Of a stretch of DNA of 64,000 nucleotides, positions 27,611 to 38,606 are shown piece by piece (the first letter of the stretch is position 1; every line of letters starts with the position of its first letter). The position numbers were made by a program, and so were the translations under genes. Source of the DNA: Victivallales bacterium (GTDB lineage: Bacteria > Verrucomicrobiota > Lentisphaeria > Victivallales > GWF2-38-69); the NCBI GenBank assembly GCA_021733985.1, contig JAIPJT010000001.1, positions 28,981 to 92,980 on the forward strand, written 5' to 3'. The notes beneath the pieces were generated by a model. That model had not been told where the DNA came from, did not search any database, and was given only the letters and a program-made list of their open reading frames with translations.

Positions 27611-29452
27611 ATGAAATTAAAAAAAGATTTAAAGTTTCCACAGGTTTTCAGTATAACGATAGGCTCGATGATAAGTTCAGGTATTTTTATACTCCCTTCT
27701 GTTGCATATGCCAAAAGCGGCCCTTCAATTATTGTTTCATATATCCTCGCAGGTTTTTTTGCAATGCTCGGTTCGTTAAGCATGGTGGAATTAACTACTG
27801 CAATGCCTAAAGCAGGCGGTGTATACTTTTTTGCTTCAAGAAGCCTCGGTGCTTTGACGGGTACTCTTTCAGGAATACTCATGTGGCTGGCAATTGCAAT
27901 GAAAGCGGCTTTTGCAGTATACGGCCTTTCTGCAGTAATCTCGCACTATACGGGAATCAATTTTATTATTATTGGCACAATTACAACACTCTTTTATACA
28001 GCATTGAATATAAAAGGCGCACAGGAAGCGGCAAAGCTTGACACTATCCTCATTACAGTCATAATAATCATAATGATACCGTTTGCTATCATGGGTTATG
28101 ATAAAATTACCCCTGTGAATTTTCATCCATTTACTATCCACGGCGGTTTTGATGATATATTTGCCACAACTGCATTTGTATTCATTGCTTTCGGAGGAAT
28201 TATGAATGCAGCAAATATATCAGAAGAAATGGCTAATCCGAAACGTGACATTCCGAAAGCTATTTTTACAGCTATTTTTATAGTTTTGATCCTTTATACC
28301 GTTATTTTAATAACTGCAGTCGGGGTACTCCCCGGTAAAGAATTCATCGGCTCAATAAATCCAATTGCCGATGCAGGACGTATCATTCTCGGGAGGACAG
28401 GGTTTGTAATTATAACCGTTACTGCCTGCTTTGCTTTTTCCTCCTGTGCAAATTCCGGTTTAATGTCGGCATCAAGATACCCTCTTGCGTTGAGCAGAGA
28501 CAGCCTTGCACCCCGCTTTATAGGGAAACTCAGCAAAAGGTTTAACACTCCCGTTATCTCTATACTCCTTACTGCAGCGGTTATGATTTTGGTTCTGCCG
28601 ATGGAGCTGTCCACCCTTGTCGAGGGTGCATCAACAATAATTATAACTTCATATATCCTTACAGACCTTGCTGTAATTGTGCTTAGATGCAGCAGAATAC
28701 AGAACTACCGTCCTACATTTAAGGTCCCGTTTTTTCCATGGCTGCAAATATTAAGTATGTCGGCTTTTTCATTTCTCATTTATAATATGGGGATGGAGGC
28801 AATAAAAATAAGTGCGATCCTTATGGGAATAAGTATTGTTGTTTATCTTTTTAACATCAAGAAAAATAAACATAAGTTTGCTTTATTTCATGCTTTCGAA
28901 CATTTGAAAAATAAAAAAATTACATCCTTCAGGCTCGAACATGAGTTAAAAGATATCCTTTGTGAACGAGATAACGTTGTAAAAGATGAACTGGACAGAA
29001 TTATCGAAAATGCAACTGTTATTGATCTGCCGAAGCCGCATACTAAAGAGGAGCTATTTGAATTTATCTCTTATAAATTCAAGAAACAAGTACCCCTTCC
29101 GGAAAAGGAAATCAACCGATTATTTAATGAGAGGGAAATGGAAAGTTCAACCGCTATTTCTGATACACTCGCTATTCCACATATTATTCTAAATAACAGG
29201 AATATTTTCAGCATCATAATTATAAGGTCAAAAAACGGAATATATTTTTCGGAAACATTCCCGGAAGTAAAAGCCATTTTAGCAATCGCAGCCTCCAACG
29301 ATAAAAGAAACCTTTATCTGCGTACCATTTCCGCAATTGCTCAAATTATCAACAATAATGATTTTGAGACAAACTGGATGAATGCTGTAACAAGAAAAAA
29401 CCTCAAAGATATTTTTCTGCTGGGAAAACGCAAACGAGATTCCCAGCAATGA
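27611..29452 (+). CDS. APC-family amino acid permease fused to a C-terminal PTS EIIA(Ntr/Fru)-type domain
   Basis: The N-terminal ~430 aa form a 12-TM APC-like region (ITIGSMISSGIF...). The C-terminal ~150 aa resemble PTS_EIIA_2, including the histidine context TLAIPHIIL. Confidence 0.8.
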   Translation: MKLKKDLKFPQVFSITIGSMISSGIFILPSVAYAKSGPSIIVSYILAGFFAMLGSLSMVELTTAMPKAGGVYFFASRSLGALTGTLSGILMWLAIAMKAAFAVYGLSAVISHYTGINFIIIGTITTLFYTALNIKGAQEAAKLDTILITVIIIIMIPFAIMGYDKITPVNFHPFTIHGGFDDIFATTAFVFIAFGGIMNAANISEEMANPKRDIPKAIFTAIFIVLILYTVILITAVGVLPGKEFIGSINPIADAGRIILGRTGFVIITVTACFAFSSCANSGLMSASRYPLALSRDSLAPRFIGKLSKRFNTPVISILLTAAVMILVLPMELSTLVEGASTIIITSYILTDLAVIVLRCSRIQNYRPTFKVPFFPWLQILSMSAFSFLIYNMGMEAIKISAILMGISIVVYLFNIKKNKHKFALFHAFEHLKNKKITSFRLEHELKDILCERDNVVKDELDRIIENATVIDLPKPHTKEELFEFISYKFKKQVPLPEKEINRLFNEREMESSTAISDTLAIPHIILNNRNIFSIIIIRSKNGIYFSETFPEVKAILAIAASNDKRNLYLRTISAIAQIINNNDFETNWMNAVTRKNLKDIFLLGKRKRDSQQ

Positions 29453-29490
29453 TTAATTTCTTTTTACTAAAAACAACGCTGATAATATTA

Positions 29491-30504
29491 TCAATCGAAA
29501 TTATCCCACTGCTTTCTGCACAGATAGAAAACAAGGATTGTCGAAATTATAGACGGAGCCATAAAAAAGACAGCAAAATTTATATAAAACAAATTCAGAA
29601 GTATAAAAACTGTAATAAGTATTAAGTATAAATACAAACCTATCTTTTTCCAGAACCAGATAAGGAGAGCTGAAAAGCTAATGAGCAATGTCAAAGCCAT
29701 CGAAACATAAAGTATTTCAACCGGTATCTGCAGGATAAAATTTTCAAAAAATAAACTTCTCACCTTTTCCCAGTGAAAATATAACAAAGAATTTAAAAAA
29801 TTGCCGATGATTATGCAAAAAAGTAGAAAAGAAAGCAACCCATGTCTTCTTTTTTTCAGTGAATTTTCAGGATCCTCAATTAAAGCAAATTGAAAATCTC
29901 TGCTTTTGACTTTTAGAAACCACATAGTGGTAAATATAAAAAATAGAAAATAAACATAGTACTCCCAGCTGTTATAAAACATTTCTAAATATGTAATTCC
30001 TGTTCCGGGAATGATCTGTATAAATAGATTTATACCGCCTGTTATATACAAAACTGCTGACAAGACCATCTGAACTGCAACTAAAGAAAGAAATGCAAGC
30101 AGTGTTAAAACAATATTTCTCCATAACAGAGCCCATGCAAAACCGTATTTACTTTTTGAAGCCAAAGACCTAAAATCAATTTTGGACTTTTCTGAAACAT
30201 CCACAATTCCGATTTTAAAACCATTATATTCGACTTTCAAAAACCACTTAATGAGTCTGCTGTATGCAAACAGAAAAAACAATATGCTGATACTGCCCCC
30301 GAATATGATCAGTCCCGTTATACCCGGTTTCGTTAAAGCAAAAAGTATAGTTAAAATAGAGATACAGAGAAAGGTAATTATTGAAACAATAATATTACGC
30401 CAATAGAGTGCCCAGGCTATCGCAAGCCAGTTATAAATACCAATATTTTTAATTCTATTTGAAACGTGTTTAGTTTCCTGAATGTCACATAGATTACTTT
30501 CCAT
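29491..30504 (-). CDS. Polytopic membrane protein of unknown function with internal duplication
   Basis: Two repeat units. Unit 1: WLAIAWALYWRNIIVSIITFL...IKWFLKVEYNGFKIGIVD. Unit 2: GFAWALLWRNIVLTLLAFL...MWFLKVKSRDFQFALIED. Hydrophobic throughout. Confidence 0.6.
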   Translation of the reverse strand: MESNLCDIQETKHVSNRIKNIGIYNWLAIAWALYWRNIIVSIITFLCISILTILFALTKPGITGLIIFGGSISILFFLFAYSRLIKWFLKVEYNGFKIGIVDVSEKSKIDFRSLASKSKYGFAWALLWRNIVLTLLAFLSLVAVQMVLSAVLYITGGINLFIQIIPGTGITYLEMFYNSWEYYVYFLFFIFTTMWFLKVKSRDFQFALIEDPENSLKKRRHGLLSFLLFCIIIGNFLNSLLYFHWEKVRSLFFENFILQIPVEILYVSMALTLLISFSALLIWFWKKIGLYLYLILITVFILLNLFYINFAVFFMAPSIISTILVFYLCRKQWDNFD

Positions 30505-30567
30505 TTTATACCTCTGTTATTTAATTATTCATTTCAATTTTTTATTTTTTTATAGAAACAGATTTTA

Positions 30568-31767
30568 TCATGTTACTATCTTTAAAACAAATGGCAATGC
30601 AACAAAAGTTCCTATACTTGAACCGATTGAACTAAAGACAAAAACCAGCAGCACTCTTGTCAGCCTGTTTTTCCACAAACGTCTTATTTGTACTATATCA
30701 TCTGCTACTGTTTCAAAGTCTTTAACTTTTGGCCTTGCAATAAAAAGCTGCACAAGTCCTGTAGCCATGCCTGCACCGATTGTTGGATTCAAGCTTGTTA
30801 TCGGAGCAGCAATAAAACCGATAACAACAGTTATCGGATGTGCAAAAGCCAGCAGACAGCCTAATGATGTTAACACTCCGTTAACCAGTATCCAGTAAGC
30901 AGCAGCCCGGCTTATTTTCTGATAATCACCGTAAAAAAAACCGATTATAAAAATTGCAATAATTACAGCGGGAATTATCCAGGGAAGCACTTTCGAGGTC
31001 TTTGTTTTAGGAGGGATTATTTCAAGATCTTCCAACGAAGCCGACGGTACTGTGTTTTTAAGGCATTCAAGAATGCCGGGCAGATGCGCTGCTCCGACAA
31101 CAGCAGCTGTCTTAAAGCCAAGGTTCTTTCTTATATTTTCTGAAATATAAATATTCCGCTCATCAAGGAGAACTTTTTTAATTACAGGCAATACTTTTCC
31201 CAGCTCCTCAATAATTTTATTCAAATTATCTGTTTCTTTAATTTCTTTTATTTTATCTTCGTTTATTTCTCTTTCTTCCTTTCCTGAAAACATAAATGAA
31301 AAAAACAGTTTAAATTTATTCCAAAAAGTCAGCATCCGCATAGCCCTTTTAAGTGTAATAGAGATATTTCTATCTGCAAGAACGAGTTTGGAACCGGATT
31401 CTTCGCAAAGGTTTACAGCCTTTATAAATTCGGCGCCGGGCTTTATACCGAATTTTTCCGCTATACGTCTCTGAAATGAAGACATTATCAGCTGCGCTAT
31501 AAAGAACAGTACTTTCTTTTTTTTAAAAATATCTATCACATCTGTATTCTGATACTTTTTCTGATTTTTTATAACATCAAGTCTTTGGGCGTCGAGTTCC
31601 ACAGCTATAGTATCAGGTTCATAACTTCTGATTGTATCTTCTACAAGTTTAACTGATTCAGGTGATACATGCGCAGTACCTATCAGATAAAGTTCCCTTT
31701 TGTCGCTAAATACTACCCGGTATACATCATTCGACAGCTGCTCAACTTCATTAACTGTATTATTCAC
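30568..31767 (-). CDS. TraB/PrgY family protein with C-terminal membrane domain
   Basis: LYLIGTAHVSPESV signature, VGAAHLPG, and 4-5 C-terminal TM helices. Confidence 0.75.
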   Translation of the reverse strand: MNNTVNEVEQLSNDVYRVVFSDKRELYLIGTAHVSPESVKLVEDTIRSYEPDTIAVELDAQRLDVIKNQKKYQNTDVIDIFKKKKVLFFIAQLIMSSFQRRIAEKFGIKPGAEFIKAVNLCEESGSKLVLADRNISITLKRAMRMLTFWNKFKLFFSFMFSGKEEREINEDKIKEIKETDNLNKIIEELGKVLPVIKKVLLDERNIYISENIRKNLGFKTAAVVGAAHLPGILECLKNTVPSASLEDLEIIPPKTKTSKVLPWIIPAVIIAIFIIGFFYGDYQKISRAAAYWILVNGVLTSLGCLLAFAHPITVVIGFIAAPITSLNPTIGAGMATGLVQLFIARPKVKDFETVADDIVQIRRLWKNRLTRVLLVFVFSSIGSSIGTFVALPFVLKIVT

Positions 31768-31789
31768 TTAATATTGTCCTTATTTAAAC

Positions 31790-33475
31790 CTATTTATTCT
31801 TTTTTGCCCATGAATCTCTAAGAGGTACAGTCCTGTTAAAAACAGGCTTATCTTTTTTAGAATCTTCATCTACACAAAAATATCCAATTCTTTCAAACTG
31901 TATTCTGTCTTCTGGTTTAACATTTTTTAAATATGGTTCGACAAAACATTCAGGAAGTACTTTCAAAGAATCTGAATTCAAGTCATCTATAAAATGTCCG
32001 TCGCTCTCCGGATTTTCCCTTTTAAAAAGCCTGTCATAAAGTCTCACTTCAGCCTTAAGTGCGTGTTGCGCAGAAACCCAGTGGAGCGTCCCTTTCACTT
32101 TTCTTCCATCAGGTGCAGTACCGCCTCTTGATTCCGGATCGACAGTGCAGTGTATTTCAGTTATTTCTCCGTTTTCATCTTTGGTACATCGTGTACATTT
32201 AACTATATAGGCATATCTCAGTCTCACTTCTCTACCCGGCACCATTCTGAAAAACTTTCGCGGGGCTTCTTCCCTGAAATCCTCTTTTTCTATATACAAC
32301 TCTTTTGAAAACGGGACTTTTCTTGTTCCCATGGTTTCATCCTCAGGATTATTTACTGCTGTCATTTCTTCGACCCGCCCTTCAGGATAATTATCAATAA
32401 TCACTTTTACGGGATTTAAAACTCCCATCACGCGAGGAGAGGTCTTATTGAGATCTTCTCTGACACAGTATTCAAGAAGAGATACGTCGATAACCTGTTC
32501 ACGCTTGGTCAAACCGGCTTTTTTTACAAAGTTCTTAATTGCACGCGGTGTATAACCTCTCCTGCGCATACCCGATACAGTGGGCATTCTCGGGTCATCC
32601 CAGCCGAACACTTTGTTTTCCTCCACAAGCTTAATCAGCTTTCTTTTACTCATAACTGTATAAGTAAGATTTAGTCGGTTAAATTCTATCTGCTGTGGTC
32701 GCGGATGAAGGTTAAGCTTTTCTAAAAACCAGTCATACAACGGACGATGTATTTCAAATTCAAGACTGCACAAAGAATGGGTAATCCCTTCAATTGCATC
32801 AGAAAGGCAGTGTGCAAAATCATACATCGGATATATGCACCATTTATCTCCTGTACGGTGATGGCTTACATGTTTTATTCTGTACATAGCGGGATCTCTC
32901 ATATGAATATTTGTGGAGTTCATATCTATTTTGGCACGTAAAGTTTTAGCGCCGTCAGTAAATTCACCGTTTCTCATTCGTTTAAAAAGGTCAAGATTCT
33001 CTTCGATACTTCTGTTTCTGTATGGGCTTTCTTTCCCGGGTGTTGTCAGTGTACCCCGGTATTCTTTTATTTCCTCCATGCTCAAATCACAAACAAAAGC
33101 TTTTCCCATCTTTATCAGTTCTACAGCAAATTCATAAAGCTTTTCATAATAATCTGAAGCATAGAATAAATTATCGCCCCAGTCATATCCCATCCAGTGA
33201 ATATCCCGTTTTATAGCCTGTATATACTTGTCATCCTCTTTAACAGGATTTGTATCGTCGAACCTCAGATGGCATTTTCCGTTCAATTCCTTTGCGATGC
33301 CGAAGTTCAGGCAGAAAGCTTTTGCGTGGCCAATATGAAGATAGCCGTTTGGTTCAGGGGGAAACCTGGTAACAACTTTTCCATCATTTTTATTATTTGT
33401 TATATCCTCATTTACTTTGTTTCTAATAAAATCAAGAGGTTCCTCAGTTTTTGTTTCTGCATATGTTTTTTCCAT
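31790..33475 (-). CDS. glnS: Glutaminyl-tRNA synthetase
   Basis: [17 protein letters not shown] (HIGH) and VMSKRKL (KMSKS). 561 aa with a GlnRS-type C-terminal region. Confidence 0.9.
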   Translation of the reverse strand: MEKTYAETKTEEPLDFIRNKVNEDITNNKNDGKVVTRFPPEPNGYLHIGHAKAFCLNFGIAKELNGKCHLRFDDTNPVKEDDKYIQAIKRDIHWMGYDWGDNLFYASDYYEKLYEFAVELIKMGKAFVCDLSMEEIKEYRGTLTTPGKESPYRNRSIEENLDLFKRMRNGEFTDGAKTLRAKIDMNSTNIHMRDPAMYRIKHVSHHRTGDKWCIYPMYDFAHCLSDAIEGITHSLCSLEFEIHRPLYDWFLEKLNLHPRPQQIEFNRLNLTYTVMSKRKLIKLVEENKVFGWDDPRMPTVSGMRRRGYTPRAIKNFVKKAGLTKREQVIDVSLLEYCVREDLNKTSPRVMGVLNPVKVIIDNYPEGRVEEMTAVNNPEDETMGTRKVPFSKELYIEKEDFREEAPRKFFRMVPGREVRLRYAYIVKCTRCTKDENGEITEIHCTVDPESRGGTAPDGRKVKGTLHWVSAQHALKAEVRLYDRLFKRENPESDGHFIDDLNSDSLKVLPECFVEPYLKNVKPEDRIQFERIGYFCVDEDSKKDKPVFNRTVPLRDSWAKKNK

Positions 33476-33501
33476 ATTAATGCATCCTGATATGTTATAA
33501 A

Positions 33502-35148
33502 TTAATCTTTAAAAAGCTTAACAATTTTTTCCATTCTGAAAACTGTATTTTCTTTACCGATTATAATTAATGTTTCTATTAAATCGGCTCCGCCGCTCTT
33601 TCCTGTTACGGAAACCCTTACGGGCTGATTGAGTTTCCCTTCAGGAATATCCAGTTCACTTTCTGCTTCTCTGATACATCTTTCGATATTTTCCGCAGTA
33701 AAAACATCTGTTTTTCTGAATTTATCAGCAACGCATTTTATCCCGGAAATATTAAATGTTTTTTTCAATATTTTTTTTACAGCTTTAGGATCATAGGTGT
33801 ATAGCTTATCTTCAACAGCAGCTTCATCTCCCTGATTATCATGAAAAAGTGGAGAATCATTGAAAAAAAAGTATTTCCAGTCACTGACCATAGAAATCTG
33901 TTTAGTCCTGCCCTGCATAAGTTCAGCAGCTTTTCTGAATTTATCTTTCAGGGCCTCATCAAACCATCCCTGGGACACGGCTTTTTCGAGTGCCAGTTTT
34001 AAAAATGTTTCTTTATCCAGATCAGACATATAAAGTGCATTCATATTTAAAAGTTTATTAATGTCGAACTGGGCAGAAGAACTTTTAACTCTGTCTAAAG
34101 TAAATTTACTTACTATCTCATTTTTATCCATCTTCTCCTTGTCGTCACCTGGAGCCCAGCCTAAAAGTGAGAGATAATTAAACATTGCCTCAGGCATGAT
34201 GCCCCGTATACGAAAGTCTCCTACAAAGGCATCGCCGTCTCTTTTACTGTAAGGTTTTCCCTGTTTATTTACTATCATCGGCATATGACCGTAATAAGGA
34301 GAATTATAGTCCATTGCATAAAAGAGCATCAGATGCCGGTATGTATTTTCAACATGATCATCGCCGCGGATAATATGTGTAACTCCCTGTTCAATATCAT
34401 CACATACATTTGCTATATGAAAAACCGGAGAGCCGTCACTTCTTGCAATAACTAAATCCTTTATACTGTCTAAGGGTTTAGACAGCTTGCCTTTAATCAG
34501 GTCTTTATAAATAATCTCTCTCCGTGTATAAACAATTTTTGAACATTTTTCTAATCTCACGGTTTTAGCTCTGTTAAAAATGCAGCTCACATCACTGTCG
34601 GTCAAAGCATAAACTTTTTGACCGGCACTGTCATAAACTTCGAGGTCCTTGAAACCGGCTATACATCCACTGAACTCTATCGGTTTACCTTTCCTGCTTA
34701 TCTGTGCAAATTTTATGCCTGTATAATCCATTTCCAGCGGTATTTCGGGATGTATTTTCTGTTCAACAGTACCTCTTAACTGAACATATTCGCAATTGTT
34801 CAAATTGAATGGAATCCTGAAAAGTACCGGTCCAGAAGTTTCGTTTCCTTCGGTTCTGACATAAGCCTTTTCTTCTGTTATTAGCTTCTCTATCGTTCTT
34901 TGATGTTCTTTCTCATGCCGACTTTGATAATAAACTTCTCCATCATAGTCAAGACCTAACCATTTCATACACTCAAAGAGCCTATCTATAGCTTCCTGAG
35001 TGGAGCGCTCTTTGTCTGTATCCTCTACTCTCAGTAAAAATTTTCCTCCGGTATGCCTCGCAAATAACCAGTTAAAAATAGCAGTTCTAATATTACCTAT
35101 ATGTATTTTACCGGTAGGGGACGGTGCAAATCTTACTTTTACAGTCAT
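33502..35148 (-). CDS. gltX: Glutamyl-tRNA synthetase (enlarged insertion domain)
   Basis: [28 protein letters not shown] and [11 protein letters not shown] 35148 is preceded by AGGA; an in-frame ATG at 35166 is an alternative start. Confidence 0.85.
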   Translation of the reverse strand: MTVKVRFAPSPTGKIHIGNIRTAIFNWLFARHTGGKFLLRVEDTDKERSTQEAIDRLFECMKWLGLDYDGEVYYQSRHEKEHQRTIEKLITEEKAYVRTEGNETSGPVLFRIPFNLNNCEYVQLRGTVEQKIHPEIPLEMDYTGIKFAQISRKGKPIEFSGCIAGFKDLEVYDSAGQKVYALTDSDVSCIFNRAKTVRLEKCSKIVYTRREIIYKDLIKGKLSKPLDSIKDLVIARSDGSPVFHIANVCDDIEQGVTHIIRGDDHVENTYRHLMLFYAMDYNSPYYGHMPMIVNKQGKPYSKRDGDAFVGDFRIRGIMPEAMFNYLSLLGWAPGDDKEKMDKNEIVSKFTLDRVKSSSAQFDINKLLNMNALYMSDLDKETFLKLALEKAVSQGWFDEALKDKFRKAAELMQGRTKQISMVSDWKYFFFNDSPLFHDNQGDEAAVEDKLYTYDPKAVKKILKKTFNISGIKCVADKFRKTDVFTAENIERCIREAESELDIPEGKLNQPVRVSVTGKSGGADLIETLIIIGKENTVFRMEKIVKLFKD

Positions 35149-35435
35149 ATTTTTTATCCTTAACATAAATTTATAATAAAAAACAAGCTATAAAGATATC
35201 TTAAATCCCTGCAAAATCAATCTTTATACGCAGCTAACGAAGATAAAAAAAGGTTCACCCTGCCAGGAAAGAACAGTAAGAACCAGTACGCGAGTGGATG
35301 GGCATTTCTATTCGGACTTCTTCAAATATTAATAAAAAAAAGGCTAAATATTCATTTAAAGCAGCTTACTGTAAATAAAATATATCTATTTTTTATAAAT
35401 TATTTTACGGATTCAGGTTAGAGAATATTTGATCT

Positions 35436-37451
35436 TTATTCAAATTTTTTATTAGATTTTTCATCAGATATAGCACCGTTTGCTGAATAAAATTTGCCGA
35501 TACTTTCAATAATATTTTCAATTCTATCCATCTCATTTTCATTGATCCTCTTCATCCCGTATTTTATTCTGCAGAAAATATCTGTAATAAAATTGATATC
35601 ATCGTAATTATTTACATTATTTTTATATAAATAATCAAGAAACTCATAAGGTGTCAGATTATCAGGTTTTTTTATACTGTATTTTTCGAGGATTCGGAGC
35701 AGCCTGTCATAAAAATGTTTTATATTCTGTTTTTTTCTTTTCCGCCAATGAAGAGTGAATTTATTTTTTTTAATACCGAAAAAAACGAGACCTGAGAAAG
35801 ACAGTATTCCTAATATCAAAAGAATATATAAAAAAATTCTATTAATAAAAATTCCGGCCATTTTTATAAGACGACCAATATCTTTTATAAAAATCAATTG
35901 GTCTCCATAGGTTAAATTTACTATTTTCGAATACCATATATACTCAATATAATCGTATAAACGTTTATAAAGGGGTTCCTTTATTTTCTGGAAATCCAAG
36001 GCTGCCTCATCTGCAGGTGTAGCGTCCATATTTATCCAACCTCTGTCTCTGAAATAAGCTTCGGTCCAGGCATGAGAATCTTTAATTCTTATATTATAAT
36101 AATTACCGAAATTATTCTTTTCTTTTGCCATATATCCTACAGCAACTTTAGCCGGTATATCGAGTGCCCTCAGCAGTACTGCCAGAGCGGATGCAAACCT
36201 GCCGCAATGGCCCCGTTTCTCTTTAAAGATAAAATTTTCGACCGGGTTTTTTTCTTTCAGCTTCGGTGCCCCAAGCTCATATTTGAAATTACTGTTAAGA
36301 TAGCTGCATACAGCCTGAGCTTTTTCATATTTATCTTTTGTATTTTTAGTTAGGTTCAACAGCCATTTTTTTAATTTTTCAGAAATCCCCCCGGTTTTTG
36401 TCAGTCGTTTAAATGTTCTGTCGGATAATGCAGGAATATTTTTCTTTCTACGAATCCAGTATTCATAATTCTTATTTTTTCTGGGCACATTCTCGTGAAT
36501 AATAATATTACCGATTCTTGTCAAAAAAGGATTGTCAAAGAAATTCCCTTCTATGTATTCAACCTTCCCGTCAACAGGGAGAAACTTGGAGTTAAAATTG
36601 CTGTAACGTACATTCACCTTTCTGTAAATATAGTCCATTAAATTTTCATTTTTTGTATATTTATCGACACACAGATAACCGTAATAGCTTATTGACCACA
36701 AATCGCCGTCAAACTTATCCATAGAGAAACTTTTAAAATACATTAGACTGTCAGCATATACCTGAAATAATATCACATTATTTTTACTGTCTTCTTCAGA
36801 AGCAGATTCATTAGAAGTTTTCAGTTCGGGTTTAGTAAAATAAACAGGTTTTTTCTGAATATTTCCGAAATTTGAGTAAAATCTTGTATTCGATTCAAAG
36901 TTAATTCTTGGAAATAGCAGAAAGAATAAAATAGCAGAAGAAAATATAATCAGATATTCAATCTTATGCTTTAAAAATTTAAATTTAATCGGATTTATAT
37001 TATCAACCGATGCCTCCCTGTAATTAATTTGAAAAAGGATTTTGGGAACTAAAATTATTGTTAAGATAAGCACTGCAGCAAACATATAATTGAGGAAGAC
37101 CTGTGCACCAATTGCTATCTGAGTTAATGCAATAGCAAGAGTAAATATTTTCCTTCTGTAATCAAGTCTGTATGTCATTCGGAGCAGCTGGAGTACAGCC
37201 AGGGCATTCCCAAGCCCCATACATTTCTCAAAAAGATTGTCCCCGATAAACAGATAGAAAAAAATTAAAAATGTTAAAATCAGAAAAAATTCACTTAAAT
37301 CACCGAAGAATTTCCTGTTAAGATTTAACGAACACAGTAACAACCACAATAAGCAGTAAACAAAAAGTAAATAATAGGTATCCCAGGTCATACCCTGGCA
37401 AATAAGACCAATCAGGATCAGTATATTCAGAGGTGACTTCAAATTTTCCAT
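35436..37451 (-). CDS. Membrane-anchored transglutaminase-like protein (TgpA-like)
   Basis: About 6 N-terminal TM helices. Cys-His-Asp core: RGHCGRFASALAVLLRALDIPAKVAVGY, DSHAWTEAYF, WINMDATP. A C-terminal TM helix plus tail follows. Confidence 0.85.
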   Translation of the reverse strand: MENLKSPLNILILIGLICQGMTWDTYYLLFVYCLLWLLLCSLNLNRKFFGDLSEFFLILTFLIFFYLFIGDNLFEKCMGLGNALAVLQLLRMTYRLDYRRKIFTLAIALTQIAIGAQVFLNYMFAAVLILTIILVPKILFQINYREASVDNINPIKFKFLKHKIEYLIIFSSAILFFLLFPRINFESNTRFYSNFGNIQKKPVYFTKPELKTSNESASEEDSKNNVILFQVYADSLMYFKSFSMDKFDGDLWSISYYGYLCVDKYTKNENLMDYIYRKVNVRYSNFNSKFLPVDGKVEYIEGNFFDNPFLTRIGNIIIHENVPRKNKNYEYWIRRKKNIPALSDRTFKRLTKTGGISEKLKKWLLNLTKNTKDKYEKAQAVCSYLNSNFKYELGAPKLKEKNPVENFIFKEKRGHCGRFASALAVLLRALDIPAKVAVGYMAKEKNNFGNYYNIRIKDSHAWTEAYFRDRGWINMDATPADEAALDFQKIKEPLYKRLYDYIEYIWYSKIVNLTYGDQLIFIKDIGRLIKMAGIFINRIFLYILLILGILSFSGLVFFGIKKNKFTLHWRKRKKQNIKHFYDRLLRILEKYSIKKPDNLTPYEFLDYLYKNNVNNYDDINFITDIFCRIKYGMKRINENEMDRIENIIESIGKFYSANGAISDEKSNKKFE

Positions 37452-38605
37452 AACTTGCTCCTTCCAAAAAAGAAACAGTTTGGAGTAATATTTAAAACCT
37501 CTTTTATTAATTGGTCATTCTTATACATTTCAGGTATATAGACAGACTTCTTTTTCTGTTCTGTCATTTTATTCTTGACTTCCTCAACAGCAAGTTTGTC
37601 TAATTTTGAAAGAATAAAAGCCTGTGATGCTTTTCTGGAAAAAGAAGGTCTTTCTACAGGCTTACCTTTCGATTCGGGCTCGTGTTTATCTGATTTGAGT
37701 GCGGTTAGATATTCCAGTATTTCCGTATCTCCGAAAAAAGGCGAAGCCTTGAAATAGTTACTGAAGCTGAAATCAGCGATTTCTATGCTATGTCCTAAAT
37801 CAAGTGCTGAAAAAGCAAGAGATCCCAGAGCTCTGACAGCCGAATTTAAAACATTTTTATTCCGCTCATTTATATTATCCTTGAGTTGTATGAAAAATGT
37901 AATTTTCCCTGAAAATTCCTCTCTGAACTCTTTCACATACAACCCCTGTCCTCTTGAACTGGCTTTCCAGTGAATAAATTTTACAGGATCTCCTTTGGTA
38001 TAGGGTCTTATTCCCGAAAAATCCTCCCCAAAAAGAGTTGAATGATACCCTTTATAATGCCCGCCGAGCATCGGTTCAAAACCGGATGCAGGAGGTGAGG
38101 CAGCAGGATACAGCTCTGGATAAACTTTTATGATTCCTTGGTATCTAAGTTTTCTGTAAGTAGTGAAAAGACCAAATGGATTCAGCGTTTCAATAGAAAG
38201 TTTATCAAGCCTGTATATTCCCATTGCATAAAAAACCGCTTTAGGAGTAATATGTTTTATGTTTTTGCCTTTAATATAATCAACAGAACACAGAATTCCT
38301 AAATCACTTTTAAGTGTTACACAACATACACCTTTCCGTGATGAATTGACAACCTTTATTTCTGTGTCAAAAGGTTTTCCCTCTGTCGTTATAAGTTTAT
38401 TTAAGCCGTAAAAAGTAAGGGCCCTTGCCCCAAATATGCCGTATATGAAGTCTGTTAAAATCACACCGATAACAATACCCAAAAATAAATACATAAGACC
38501 GGTTTGTGACATAATTGAAAAAACATAGAAAAGCAGCAGCAGAAACATAAGGAAAAGACCGGCTTTAGTCGGTTTAACTTTTATTTGCATAATTAGACGG
38601 TCCAC
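37439..38605 (-). CDS. DUF58 family protein (vWA-like)
   Basis: Two N-terminal TM helices. Signature FSGIRPYTKGDPVKFIHWKASSRGQGLYVKEF. Overlaps the transglutaminase gene by 13 nt. Confidence 0.8.
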   Translation of the reverse strand: MDRLIMQIKVKPTKAGLFLMFLLLLFYVFSIMSQTGLMYLFLGIVIGVILTDFIYGIFGARALTFYGLNKLITTEGKPFDTEIKVVNSSRKGVCCVTLKSDLGILCSVDYIKGKNIKHITPKAVFYAMGIYRLDKLSIETLNPFGLFTTYRKLRYQGIIKVYPELYPAASPPASGFEPMLGGHYKGYHSTLFGEDFSGIRPYTKGDPVKFIHWKASSRGQGLYVKEFREEFSGKITFFIQLKDNINERNKNVLNSAVRALGSLAFSALDLGHSIEIADFSFSNYFKASPFFGDTEILEYLTALKSDKHEPESKGKPVERPSFSRKASQAFILSKLDKLAVEEVKNKMTEQKKKSVYIPEMYKNDQLIKEVLNITPNCFFFGRSKLWKI

Positions 38606-38606
38606 A

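Noticed and set aside
35236-35290. Possible intrinsic terminator after the transglutaminase gene (GGTTC...GAACC followed by TTTTTT on the minus strand)
   Set aside because: Only a 5-bp outer stem with a poorly paired interior, which is not convincing by eye.
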